Shown: piece by piece, positions 32,124 through 40,645 of the stretch
How positions within the stretch are numbered: the first letter of the stretch is position 1
Layout: the number at the start of each line of letters is the position of its first letter
From: a virus
Lineage: Duplodnaviria; Caudoviricetes
Length of the DNA stretch: 64,000 nucleotides
Direction: 5' to 3' (one strand)
Virus record (IMG/VR): IMGVR_UViG_3300043694_000018
Location: 1 to 64,000 of that record
Translations under genes and position numbers: made by a program
The notes under the pieces: model-generated
What the model was told of the DNA's origin: nothing
Seen by the model: the letters and a program-made list of their open reading frames with translations, nothing else
The model's database searches: none

Positions 32124-32950
32124 CGCCCGGCCTCAGCGCGTTCCAGATGGCGTATGAGATTTCGCCGATCATCCTCGTCGGCGGCATCGCCGACAAGATA
32201 CCCGGCCAGATGCTGCCGATCATCTCGATCACCGAGCCGGGCAATCTGCTGACCGGCTTGGTCAGCGGCGGCGATCCGCTCAGCCTCGACAACTTCTTCG
32301 CCCACTACATCCCGCTGCCGGGCTCGTCGCTGATCGACCAAGACATCGCCCAGTACCCGTTTGCCAACCAGACCGTCGCGGCGAACTCGGTGATGACCAA
32401 GGCGCTCAACATCAGCTTCCAGATGATCGCGCCCGCCAAGGGTCGCTTCAGCTACGTCAGCAAGATGCCCATCATCATGATGCTCCAGAAGACGCTGGAG
32501 AATCACAACGCGACTGGCGGCACCTACACGCTGCTGACGCCGTCGTTCATCTACCTCAACTGCCTGATGGTCTCGATGCGCGACACCTCGCAGGGAGCCA
32601 CCAAGCAGGTTCAGAACACGTGGCAACTCGACTTCCAGAAGCCGCTGATCACCGTGCAGGACGCGGTCGGTATCTCGGGCGCGCTCAACGGCCTCATGCG
32701 CAAGCTGAGCGCCGGAAGCTCGATGGACGGCGAGATCAGCACGTCAGGCTTCGATCCGGCATCGGGTGCTGCCACACCCGAGGGCCAGACCGATGTCATC
32801 CGCTCGTCGCCCGGCAAGGTGGCGGTGCCCTACGATCTCAACCAGCAGCCCACCCAGATTGTCGGCTGGCCCCGGCCGGGCATCTTGGGCAACCCGGACA
32901 CGGGCGTCGGCTTGGGCACGCAGGCCATCGGCAATCAGGGGCCGATCTGA
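32120..32950 (+). CDS. Baseplate / tube-initiator-type protein
   Basis: Follows tape measure; ATGA overlap. Confidence 0.6.
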   Translation: MTPGLSAFQMAYEISPIILVGGIADKIPGQMLPIISITEPGNLLTGLVSGGDPLSLDNFFAHYIPLPGSSLIDQDIAQYPFANQTVAANSVMTKALNISFQMIAPAKGRFSYVSKMPIIMMLQKTLENHNATGGTYTLLTPSFIYLNCLMVSMRDTSQGATKQVQNTWQLDFQKPLITVQDAVGISGALNGLMRKLSAGSSMDGEISTSGFDPASGAATPEGQTDVIRSSPGKVAVPYDLNQQPTQIVGWPRPGILGNPDTGVGLGTQAIGNQGPI

Positions 32951-33447
32951 TGCAGTTCATCCCCTTCACACCCTCCCGCGTTGGCGGCGTCGTGCCGTTC
33001 CAGTTCAGCCCGACCATCGACGGCGAGACCATGGACGCCATCGTGACGTGGAACGCCGCAGGCCAGCGCTGGTACGTCACGCTCGTCAACTCCTCGGGCG
33101 ATGTCATCTTCCACATGGCGCTGGCGGGCGCGCCGCTCGGCCAGACCATCGAGACGCTGGAGTGGCAGAGCGGACATGCGCTTGGCACGACGGTCGTGCC
33201 GTTCAGCTTCCGCATCGGCAACACCTACGACCTCGCGATCTACGACTGCGCGCCGAACGGCTACAACGGCAGGCATCGCGTGCTGATGACCGGGCCGAAC
33301 TCGTTCAGCTACGCCTTGCCAATCGACCCCGGCCTGCTCACCAACGCGGGCTCGATCACTTTCGATCTCGACATGCTGGCGGGCTACGGCTTCAACAGCA
33401 CGATGGTCTATCGCTCGCCGACCTCGATGTTCGAGATCAACCCATGA
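32950..33447 (+). CDS. Small baseplate protein with inserted beta-domain
   Basis: TWN.AGQRWYV.L...SG motif; TGATG coupling. Confidence 0.6.
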   Translation: MQFIPFTPSRVGGVVPFQFSPTIDGETMDAIVTWNAAGQRWYVTLVNSSGDVIFHMALAGAPLGQTIETLEWQSGHALGTTVVPFSFRIGNTYDLAIYDCAPNGYNGRHRVLMTGPNSFSYALPIDPGLLTNAGSITFDLDMLAGYGFNSTMVYRSPTSMFEINP

Positions 33448-34781
33448 GATGGTACGAGATCGTCATCAAGTTCAAGGACGGGTCGGTGTACCAGCCGCCC
33501 TCAATGAAGGGCTTGAAGCTGCGCAAGGGCGTGAGCTATGGCAGCGTCGACAACCAAGGCAACGCGCTGACCTCGGCGCTGCACATCCAACTCAACGTGC
33601 CGGTCAACGAGATCGGGGCCATCGAGGCCGACGACGGCGTGATGCTGCACATCTTCAACGTCGGCATCGAGGACATCGCCAAAGGCAACACGCTGACCGA
33701 CGCCTACATCGAAGTGCGCGGCGGCATGATGCAGCCCGGCCTGCCGCTCGCCGTGCCGAAGAAGCCCAGCGTGCTGGTGTCGGGCTCGATCTGGTCAGCG
33801 TTCGGCAACTGGGTCGGCACCCAGACCGAGATGTGCCTCATCATCTCCGATCCGCTGCAAGGCATGGCTGACCAGAAGCCCGACATCACCTTCAACTGGC
33901 CGGACGGCACGCCGCTCGCTGATGCCATCGAGCAGATGATGACGGCGGCGTTCCCTGAGTACGAGATCAGCATCGCGATCAGCGACCAACTCAAGGTCAA
34001 GGGCCAGCAGGTCGGGTTCTATGGCACGTTCAACCAATTCTCGATGCAAATCATCCAGTTCTCGAAGGACAAGCAGTTCCGGGGCATCAAGACGTTGGAC
34101 GGCAGCCCCTACGACGGCGTGAAGATCGTGAAGGACCCGGCTGCCAACAAGATCACCGTGTCGGACGGCACGCAGAAGGCCAACCAGTGGACGAAAGATC
34201 GGCCGCACCAGATCGACTTCATCGACCTGATCGGCCAGCCGACATGGATCGAGCCCGAGGTCATCACCTTCGCCACCGTGCTGCGCGGCGATATTCGGCT
34301 CGGCGACTACGTCAAGCTGCCTGCCGGGCTCAAGCTGCCCTACGTGACGACGACGGATCGCGGCGCACCGAATCCGGTGGGCGTCGGGGCCGAGCAGGAC
34401 CCGTCGCGCAACAACGTGGCGCTCAAGGGCACCTTCCTCATCGTCTCCATCGAGCACTACATGATGTTCCGGCAGCCTGACGCGAACTCGTGGGTGACGA
34501 TCTTCCAAGGCGAAGCGGAGATGCAGCAGAAGGTCGGTGACGGCACGACCTCGATCTCAGGTGGGGCCGAGGCCACAACGCCCTCACTCATCGAGCAGGC
34601 CTTCAACGCACCGACCGGCACGACCGTCACCGATCCCAAGATCGTCGCCGCCTTCAATCAAGGTACGATCACGGCCAAGCCGGGCATCAACGCCTCCGTC
34701 GCCGCAGGCGCGGGCGTCGATCCCAAGAAGCCCGACCCCATCGAGCCCAAGAACCCGACACCCGCCGTCTGGCCCGGATAG
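33444..34781 (+). CDS. Baseplate hub protein
   Basis: ATGA overlap; DLIGQPTWI, .V.LRGDI..GD.V.LP, G.F.I..I.H...FRQPD..SW.T. Confidence 0.7.
   Translation: MRWYEIVIKFKDGSVYQPPSMKGLKLRKGVSYGSVDNQGNALTSALHIQLNVPVNEIGAIEADDGVMLHIFNVGIEDIAKGNTLTDAYIEVRGGMMQPGLPLAVPKKPSVLVSGSIWSAFGNWVGTQTEMCLIISDPLQGMADQKPDITFNWPDGTPLADAIEQMMTAAFPEYEISIAISDQLKVKGQQVGFYGTFNQFSMQIIQFSKDKQFRGIKTLDGSPYDGVKIVKDPAANKITVSDGTQKANQWTKDRPHQIDFIDLIGQPTWIEPEVITFATVLRGDIRLGDYVKLPAGLKLPYVTTTDRGAPNPVGVGAEQDPSRNNVALKGTFLIVSIEHYMMFRQPDANSWVTIFQGEAEMQQKVGDGTTSISGGAEATTPSLIEQAFNAPTGTTVTDPKIVAAFNQGTITAKPGINASVAAGAGVDPKKPDPIEPKNPTPAVWPG
33497..33512. promoter_or_regulatory. Palindromic site GCCCT-CAATGA-AGGGC (intragenic)
   Basis: Perfect match. 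Confidence 0.6.
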
Positions 34782-34788
34782 AGGAACG

Positions 34789-35982
34789 ATGCTCACCCAG
34801 AAAATCCCCTTCAATCGCTCGCTGCCGCGCGCGATGTCGAACCGCTTCTCGAACCTTCAGCAGCTTTTGCAGAAGGGGCTGCCCGCGACCATCGTCAAGC
34901 TGGAGAAGAACGGCACCATCGCCACCGTGAAGTTCGAGTTGGATAGCCAGTTCAACCTGCCACAGGTCAAGATGCCGGTGTACGGGCCGGAGTATGTGCG
35001 CTGGCCGCTGCAAGAGGGCTGCAAGGGCTACGTCGTGCCGTCCGATGTGAACATCGGCGCGATGAACGGACTGGGTGAAGGCGTGGCGACGCTGACGCCG
35101 CAGTTCAACCTGTCGTCGGGCGTGTTCTTCCCGATGGGCAACACCGAGTTCGATGACACCGACGATCCGAAGAAGGTCGTGCTGTACGGCCCGGACGGCG
35201 TGATCATTCGCAACGGCACCAAGGACTCGGTGCTCGACATCGACAGCGAGCACTTCACCTTCTCGCTCAACGGCAACACCTTCATCACAGTCAACAAGGA
35301 CGGCGTCACCATCGACTTCGCGCCGACCAGTGCCGACCCGCACACTGGCACCAGCGCAGTCACCGGGTCCACCACTGCCACGATCTACCTCAGCGCGACC
35401 GGCATGCTGTTGTCGTCGTTCAACCGTTCGATCAGCTTCACCCAGAGCGGACTCACCATCGCAGGCGATGGTCGCTCGATCAGCTTCAACTCGTCCGGCC
35501 TCACGATGAACGGCGATGGTCATGCAATCGCGATCAACCCGACCGGCATCACGATGAGCCGCAGCGACGGCCAGTACATCCAGATACAGTCGGGCGGCAC
35601 TTACATCCAAGGGCTAGGCGGCGCGACCTTCAATCTCCAGAACCAGTCGGTGAACATGGCCAATGGCACCGGCATCGGGCTCAACCTGAACACCAGCGGG
35701 CTCTCCGCTTCAACGCCGTGGGGCTCATCGATCAGCCTGCTCAACAATCAGGCGACCATCGGCTTCGGCGGCGGCGCGTATGTGCAGTGCCTGTCGAACC
35801 AGATCAACGCCATCAGTGCGGGGATCGCCCAGATGTCCGCGCCCAACGGCCAGAACATCTACATGGACCCCAGCCATGTCACTATCGGCAGCGGCAACAC
35901 CACCATCGACAGCCGCCTGTTCCTCCAACACACGCACTACGGCGTGCAGACCGGCGGCAGCAATACCAACGTGGTGAACTGA
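34789..35982 (+). CDS. Baseplate central spike (gpV/gp5-like) with beta-helix repeats
   Basis: N-terminal OB-like region, repeated short beta strands, terminal FLQHTHYGVQTGGSNT (HxH metal site). Confidence 0.8.
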   Translation: MLTQKIPFNRSLPRAMSNRFSNLQQLLQKGLPATIVKLEKNGTIATVKFELDSQFNLPQVKMPVYGPEYVRWPLQEGCKGYVVPSDVNIGAMNGLGEGVATLTPQFNLSSGVFFPMGNTEFDDTDDPKKVVLYGPDGVIIRNGTKDSVLDIDSEHFTFSLNGNTFITVNKDGVTIDFAPTSADPHTGTSAVTGSTTATIYLSATGMLLSSFNRSISFTQSGLTIAGDGRSISFNSSGLTMNGDGHAIAINPTGITMSRSDGQYIQIQSGGTYIQGLGGATFNLQNQSVNMANGTGIGLNLNTSGLSASTPWGSSISLLNNQATIGFGGGAYVQCLSNQINAISAGIAQMSAPNGQNIYMDPSHVTIGSGNTTIDSRLFLQHTHYGVQTGGSNTNVVN

Positions 35983-36347
35983 TGCGCACCTACGGCCGGG
36001 TCTACACCTACGACGCGCTCGGCCAGCCGACTATCGGCCCGTGGCAGGTCGTCACCTCGGACAAGAACGGGCTGAACGACATGGTGATGCTGACGGCGCT
36101 GGCGCAGGTGCTGCGGCTCAATCAGGGCGAATCGCCGTTCTATTCCCAGTGGGGCATCCCGGCGCGCTCGGCGGTGATCACGCAGGTCTTCCCCGACTTC
36201 GCCGTCGCCTACACTCAGCAGGCGTTCGCGCCGCAGTTCGCCGCGCTGATGATCAACAAGCGTGCGGACCCGACACCGACCTACGACATCTTCATCACGA
36301 CCAAGCTCGGTGTACAACTGAACGTCAAGGTCCCCATCCCGACGTGA
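35982..36347 (+). CDS. Baseplate wedge subunit (gp25/gpW-like)
   Basis: L.QVLRLNQGESPFYSQWGIP motif; between spike and J-like gene. Confidence 0.7.
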   Translation: MRTYGRVYTYDALGQPTIGPWQVVTSDKNGLNDMVMLTALAQVLRLNQGESPFYSQWGIPARSAVITQVFPDFAVAYTQQAFAPQFAALMINKRADPTPTYDIFITTKLGVQLNVKVPIPT

Positions 36348-36354
36348 GGCTCGC

Positions 36355-38052
36355 ATGGCTGACAACGATCTCCCCGTCGACATCGGCAACCTGCCTGTGG
36401 TCCTCGGGCCAGCCGGGCTCGCGCCGCAGTCGCCGTCCGCCCTGCTCAGCCAGCTTCTCGGGCTCGTCGCCAAGACCAACCCCGGCTACACCGCCAACCT
36501 GCCGGGCTCGCTGATCGAGGACATCTCCTCGACCGACGTGGCGGCGATGGTGCTGATCGACCAGATGCGCGTCGAGATGCTGAACAGCCTGACGCCGCGC
36601 GGCTGCAACGCCTTCGTGCTCAACCAGCTTGGCCAAATCTACGGCGTGCAGGTCGGGGCCTCGACCAACACCTCGGTCTACTGCGTGTTCTACGGCCTGC
36701 CCGGCTTCGTGATCGGCAAGGGCTTCGTCGTCACCGATGGCAACTACCAGTATCAGGTGGTCGACGGTGGCGTGGTCGGATCGTCCGGCCAAAGTCAGCC
36801 CTTGTTTTGTGTGGCCACGCAGGCGGGCATCTGGGCGGTGCCAGCAGGCACTGTGACCAGCCTCGTGACCTCGGTGCCGCAGGGCTTCCCGCTCACCGTC
36901 GTCAACTCCGAGCCCGGCATCCCCGGCTCCGATGTCGAGAACATCACCAGCTATCGCGCGCGTGTGCTGATGGCCGGGCTGGCAGCGTCGCAGGGCATGG
37001 CGCGCTACCTCAAGACGCTGGTCGACAACGTGCCCGGCGTGCAGCCGCGTCTGGTCTCGGTGCAGCAACAGACCGGCGGCGGCTGGGCGGTGATCGTCGG
37101 CGGCGGCGATCCCTACGAGGTCGCCTACGCGATCTGGATGGCCCTGTTCGACATCAACAATCTCGTCGGCTCCACGCTGCACGTCGTCACGATCAGTCAA
37201 GCCAACCCGGCAGTCGTCACCACCGATCTCAACCACCTGTTCACGCCCGGCCAGCCGATCAGCATCCAAGGCGTGCTGCCCACGACCTACAACGGCACCA
37301 GCTTCGGCGTGCTGGGGCTGGTCGGCACCACCGGCAAGGTCTTCACGCTCGGCGTGCCGTTCGCGGCCAACGCCGTCCAGTCGCTGGCGTGGGCGACTGG
37401 CGTGGCGACGGCGACGACGCTGACCAACCACGGCGTGACTGTGGGCTCGACCTTCACACTGGTCGGGCAGGTGCCGACCGGCTGGGCCGGGACCTACACC
37501 GCCGTCGCAGGCACCACGGGCACGACGCTGAAGTGGAACCTCGCGGCCAACCCCGGCGCGGCGACCACGCTTGGCCAGCTTGCCGCCGGGATGGCGAACT
37601 TCGACAGCACCGGGCTCGCGGCCTACTCCACGGGCGGCGTCATCACGCCCAACCTGCGCAACCTCGTCGTCACGCTGACCGACTATCCCGACACCTTTCT
37701 CGTGCCGTTCATCATCCCGCCCCAGCAGACGCTCAGCATCGTGGTGACGTGGAACACGTCGAGCCCCAACTTCGTGTCGCCGGTCGCCATCGCCCAACTC
37801 GCGGGTCCGGCGCTGGTCGACTACATCAACAGCGTCGTCGTCGGCCAGCCGCTCAGCCAGTACACGATGGAGGACGTGTTCGCTGACGCCGTCGAGCCGA
37901 TCCTGCCGCACGCGCTGATCAGCCACATCGTGTTTCAGGTCTCGATCAACGGCGTCGGCACGGTGGTCTCGCCCGGCACCGGCTACTTCAAGGGTGATCC
38001 GCAGAGCTACTTCTTTGCCCGGCTCAGCGACATCACCTTCACGCAGGGCTGA
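36355..38052 (+). CDS. Baseplate J-like protein with two inserted beta-domains
   Basis: NLPGSLIEDISST, C.Q.G...VPAGT.T.L, G...E....YR.RV motifs. Confidence 0.85.
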   Translation: MADNDLPVDIGNLPVVLGPAGLAPQSPSALLSQLLGLVAKTNPGYTANLPGSLIEDISSTDVAAMVLIDQMRVEMLNSLTPRGCNAFVLNQLGQIYGVQVGASTNTSVYCVFYGLPGFVIGKGFVVTDGNYQYQVVDGGVVGSSGQSQPLFCVATQAGIWAVPAGTVTSLVTSVPQGFPLTVVNSEPGIPGSDVENITSYRARVLMAGLAASQGMARYLKTLVDNVPGVQPRLVSVQQQTGGGWAVIVGGGDPYEVAYAIWMALFDINNLVGSTLHVVTISQANPAVVTTDLNHLFTPGQPISIQGVLPTTYNGTSFGVLGLVGTTGKVFTLGVPFAANAVQSLAWATGVATATTLTNHGVTVGSTFTLVGQVPTGWAGTYTAVAGTTGTTLKWNLAANPGAATTLGQLAAGMANFDSTGLAAYSTGGVITPNLRNLVVTLTDYPDTFLVPFIIPPQQTLSIVVTWNTSSPNFVSPVAIAQLAGPALVDYINSVVVGQPLSQYTMEDVFADAVEPILPHALISHIVFQVSINGVGTVVSPGTGYFKGDPQSYFFARLSDITFTQG

Positions 38053-38054
38053 CC

Positions 38055-39149
38055 ATGACGCAGGTCCAACTCTGGCCGACTGCCGTCTCGCAGGTCCGCG
38101 TCGGTGGCCAGCCCATCACGGCGATCTATGGTCCCTGCCTCGGCGGCATCATCACCAATCCCCGGACGAGCGGCGAGCAGGGCGTCCCGGCACTTGAGCC
38201 GCTGTACCTCAACCCGCTGGGTCCTGCGCTGGCGATTGCCTCGGGCAGCACCATCGCGCTGCAACCCGGCCAGAGCTACACGGTGCCGCTCAACTTCGGC
38301 GGCGACATCAGCGTGACGGCGGCGACGGCGGGCCATCGCTTCTCGGGCGTGGTGTTCCAGCCGTCGACCGACTTCCACCGTTCGGACTTCTACGACGCGG
38401 GCTTCACCTTCCCGCCGCCCGGCCCGGTGACGCTCCAGCGCACGATCCCGTCGTACCTCTACCAGCAGTACACCGACGACGACGACTTGCAGGCCTTCGT
38501 CGCCGCCTACAACGCCATGACGCAGAGCTACCTGTCATGGATGAGCAACATCAACCTCGCGGTCTACACCGGGGACCAGATCGGCGGCGACCTGCTCGAC
38601 TGGGTGGCCGAAGGGCTCTACGGCATCACGCGCAACGCCCTATCTTTAGGGCATGGCAAGACAGTCGGCCCGCTCAACACGTATATGTTCAACACCCTGC
38701 CGCTCAACGTGCTGCGCAACATCCCGCCCAACGACTACTTCCTGACTGACGACGACACGTTTAAGCGCATCATGACGTGGCACATCTTCAAGGGCGACGG
38801 CAAGGTGTTCGACGTGCGCTGGCTCAAGCGCCGCGTCATGCGCTTCCTGACCGGGGTCGACGGCGGGCCGGGCGATACCGGCGTGCTCGGACCCGACGAG
38901 ACCTACCCGGTGTCGGTGACGTTCGGCGCTGGCGGGGTCGTCAACATCAACCTGCAACCGCAGCGTCGTCGCTTCGTGTCGGGCGCGATCTTCAACGGCT
39001 TCGCCATGAACACGATGACCTTCGCCCAGTTCAACAGCACGGTGCAACAGTTCCCGGTGTCGCCGAAGGCCCCGATCCTGAAGTCGGCCATCGAGGCGGG
39101 CGTGCTGGAGCTTCCTTTCCAGTTCCAGTTCACCGTGAACATCCTATGA
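38055..39149 (+). CDS. Baseplate wedge (gpI-like) protein with extra N-terminal domain
   Basis: IPSYLYQQY.DDD.LQAFV.AYN, G.LLDWV..GLYG..R, DD.FKR..TW. Confidence 0.7.
   Translation: MTQVQLWPTAVSQVRVGGQPITAIYGPCLGGIITNPRTSGEQGVPALEPLYLNPLGPALAIASGSTIALQPGQSYTVPLNFGGDISVTAATAGHRFSGVVFQPSTDFHRSDFYDAGFTFPPPGPVTLQRTIPSYLYQQYTDDDDLQAFVAAYNAMTQSYLSWMSNINLAVYTGDQIGGDLLDWVAEGLYGITRNALSLGHGKTVGPLNTYMFNTLPLNVLRNIPPNDYFLTDDDTFKRIMTWHIFKGDGKVFDVRWLKRRVMRFLTGVDGGPGDTGVLGPDETYPVSVTFGAGGVVNINLQPQRRRFVSGAIFNGFAMNTMTFAQFNSTVQQFPVSPKAPILKSAIEAGVLELPFQFQFTVNIL
38637..38652. promoter_or_regulatory. Palindromic site GCCCT-ATCTTT-AGGGC (intragenic)
   Basis: Perfect match; CTA TCT TTA codons. Confidence 0.65.
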
Positions 39150-39159
39150 GGTCGAACCC

Positions 39160-40317
39160 ATGGCCCAAGTGATCTTCAAAAACAATGCGCAGACCACGTT
39201 GTCGGCCTCGATCTCAGCGACCGACACGACGATCCCTCTGCACGCGGGCGGCGGCATCCTGTTCCCCATTCCGAGCGCCGGGCAATACTTCGTCGGCACC
39301 ATGATCGATGCCGCGACCGGACTGCTCAATGAGATCGTGTGGTGTACCGCATTTGCGGGCACGGACCTGCTGACGGTGGTGCGCGGACAGGAAGGCACGT
39401 CGCCCAAGGGCTGGACCGCAGGCGACAGCTTCGCCGAACTGTGGACCGCTGGCCAAGCGGGCGCGATGCTCCAGAAGGGCGATCAGCAGAGCGGATCGAC
39501 CAACTACGCGCAGGATGTCGGCACGCCCAACGCGATCCGCGCGGTGTTCAACCCGGCGATCACCACGCTGATCCCCGGCATGCCGCTCAACATCCTGATC
39601 GCCAACGCCAACACCGGACCCACGACCCTTGATGTCGGCACAGGCGCGGGTGCGGTGCGCGACATCAAGGGTCAGCCGCTCAAGGGCGGCGAGCTTGCGG
39701 CGGGCACCATCGTCCAGTTCTTCTGGACCGGCGCGATCTTCGTGATGTCCTACGCGCTCGGTGCGGCGGCAGGCCTCAATGGTCAGGTCCAGTTCAACGA
39801 CGCTGGTGTGTTCGGCGGGTCGTCCAACTTCATCTTCGACAAGGCCACGCCTGCCTTCAACATGGTCGGCACCTTCAACGTCACTGGCGCGGGGAACATC
39901 AACGCCAATAACAAGGTGCTCGCGACCTACCTTCAGGGCACCAGCACGATCTACGCGCCCAACATGGGCGACGCCAACTCGAACTGGACCGGCAAGCCCA
40001 TCCCGGTCACGGGCGGCGGCACAGGCCTTGCCAGCATCCCCTTCTCGCCGGGCAGCAACGGCTACATCTACTTGCTCGGAGGCTTGGGCATGCAGTGGGG
40101 CCAGTACGCCTTCGGCGGCGACTCAGGCGGCTTCGTGCCCTTCAGTCGCGCCTTCTCGGGCGGTCCCTACGGCGTGTGGCTGACGCCGAACGACGGCTCG
40201 CTCGGCCTGCCGCAGTCGGAGTCGGTCGTCACGGCGGCGAACACCTCGGGCTTCAGCATGATCAACGGCTCCGACCGCAGCCGGAACTTCTTCTGGATGG
40301 CACTCGGCTACTACTGA
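39160..40317 (+). CDS. Tail fibre protein (proximal/short)
   Basis: FKNNAQTTLSASI, L.V.RGQEGT...W.AG; C-terminal GYI.L.GGL..QWG fibre domain. Confidence 0.75.
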   Translation: MAQVIFKNNAQTTLSASISATDTTIPLHAGGGILFPIPSAGQYFVGTMIDAATGLLNEIVWCTAFAGTDLLTVVRGQEGTSPKGWTAGDSFAELWTAGQAGAMLQKGDQQSGSTNYAQDVGTPNAIRAVFNPAITTLIPGMPLNILIANANTGPTTLDVGTGAGAVRDIKGQPLKGGELAAGTIVQFFWTGAIFVMSYALGAAAGLNGQVQFNDAGVFGGSSNFIFDKATPAFNMVGTFNVTGAGNINANNKVLATYLQGTSTIYAPNMGDANSNWTGKPIPVTGGGTGLASIPFSPGSNGYIYLLGGLGMQWGQYAFGGDSGGFVPFSRAFSGGPYGVWLTPNDGSLGLPQSESVVTAANTSGFSMINGSDRSRNFFWMALGYY

Positions 40318-40327
40318 GGAGCGCACC

Positions 40328-40642
40328 ATGGCAGTCAATCCCCAGCCCGGTACGAACTCGGTGGTGTCGACGGCGAACACGCCGGTCGAAGCCGTGCCCG
40401 CCAACCCGCAGGGCGGCGGCACGATCACCAACCCGCTGAGCGCCACCGATCAGGGGCTCGGCACCAACCCGGCCGAGCCGCTGTACATCGATCCGACCGG
40501 CCAGAATCCGGCGCTGGCAGCCTACGGCACCACCTTCGCGCTCGCGCCCGGCCAGACGTGGAACGTCATCCCCGGCCAGATGACGCGCACCATGGTCAAC
40601 GCCGCGACAGGCGGCCATCGCTTCAGCGTGATCTGGTGGTAG
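40328..40642 (+). CDS. Small virion protein paralogous to N-terminus of 38055 gene
   Basis: GG.ITNP.....QG....EPLY..P.G.........T.AL.PGQ........AAT.GHRFS shared. Confidence 0.7.
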   Translation: MAVNPQPGTNSVVSTANTPVEAVPANPQGGGTITNPLSATDQGLGTNPAEPLYIDPTGQNPALAAYGTTFALAPGQTWNVIPGQMTRTMVNAATGGHRFSVIWW

Positions 40643-40645
40643 GCC

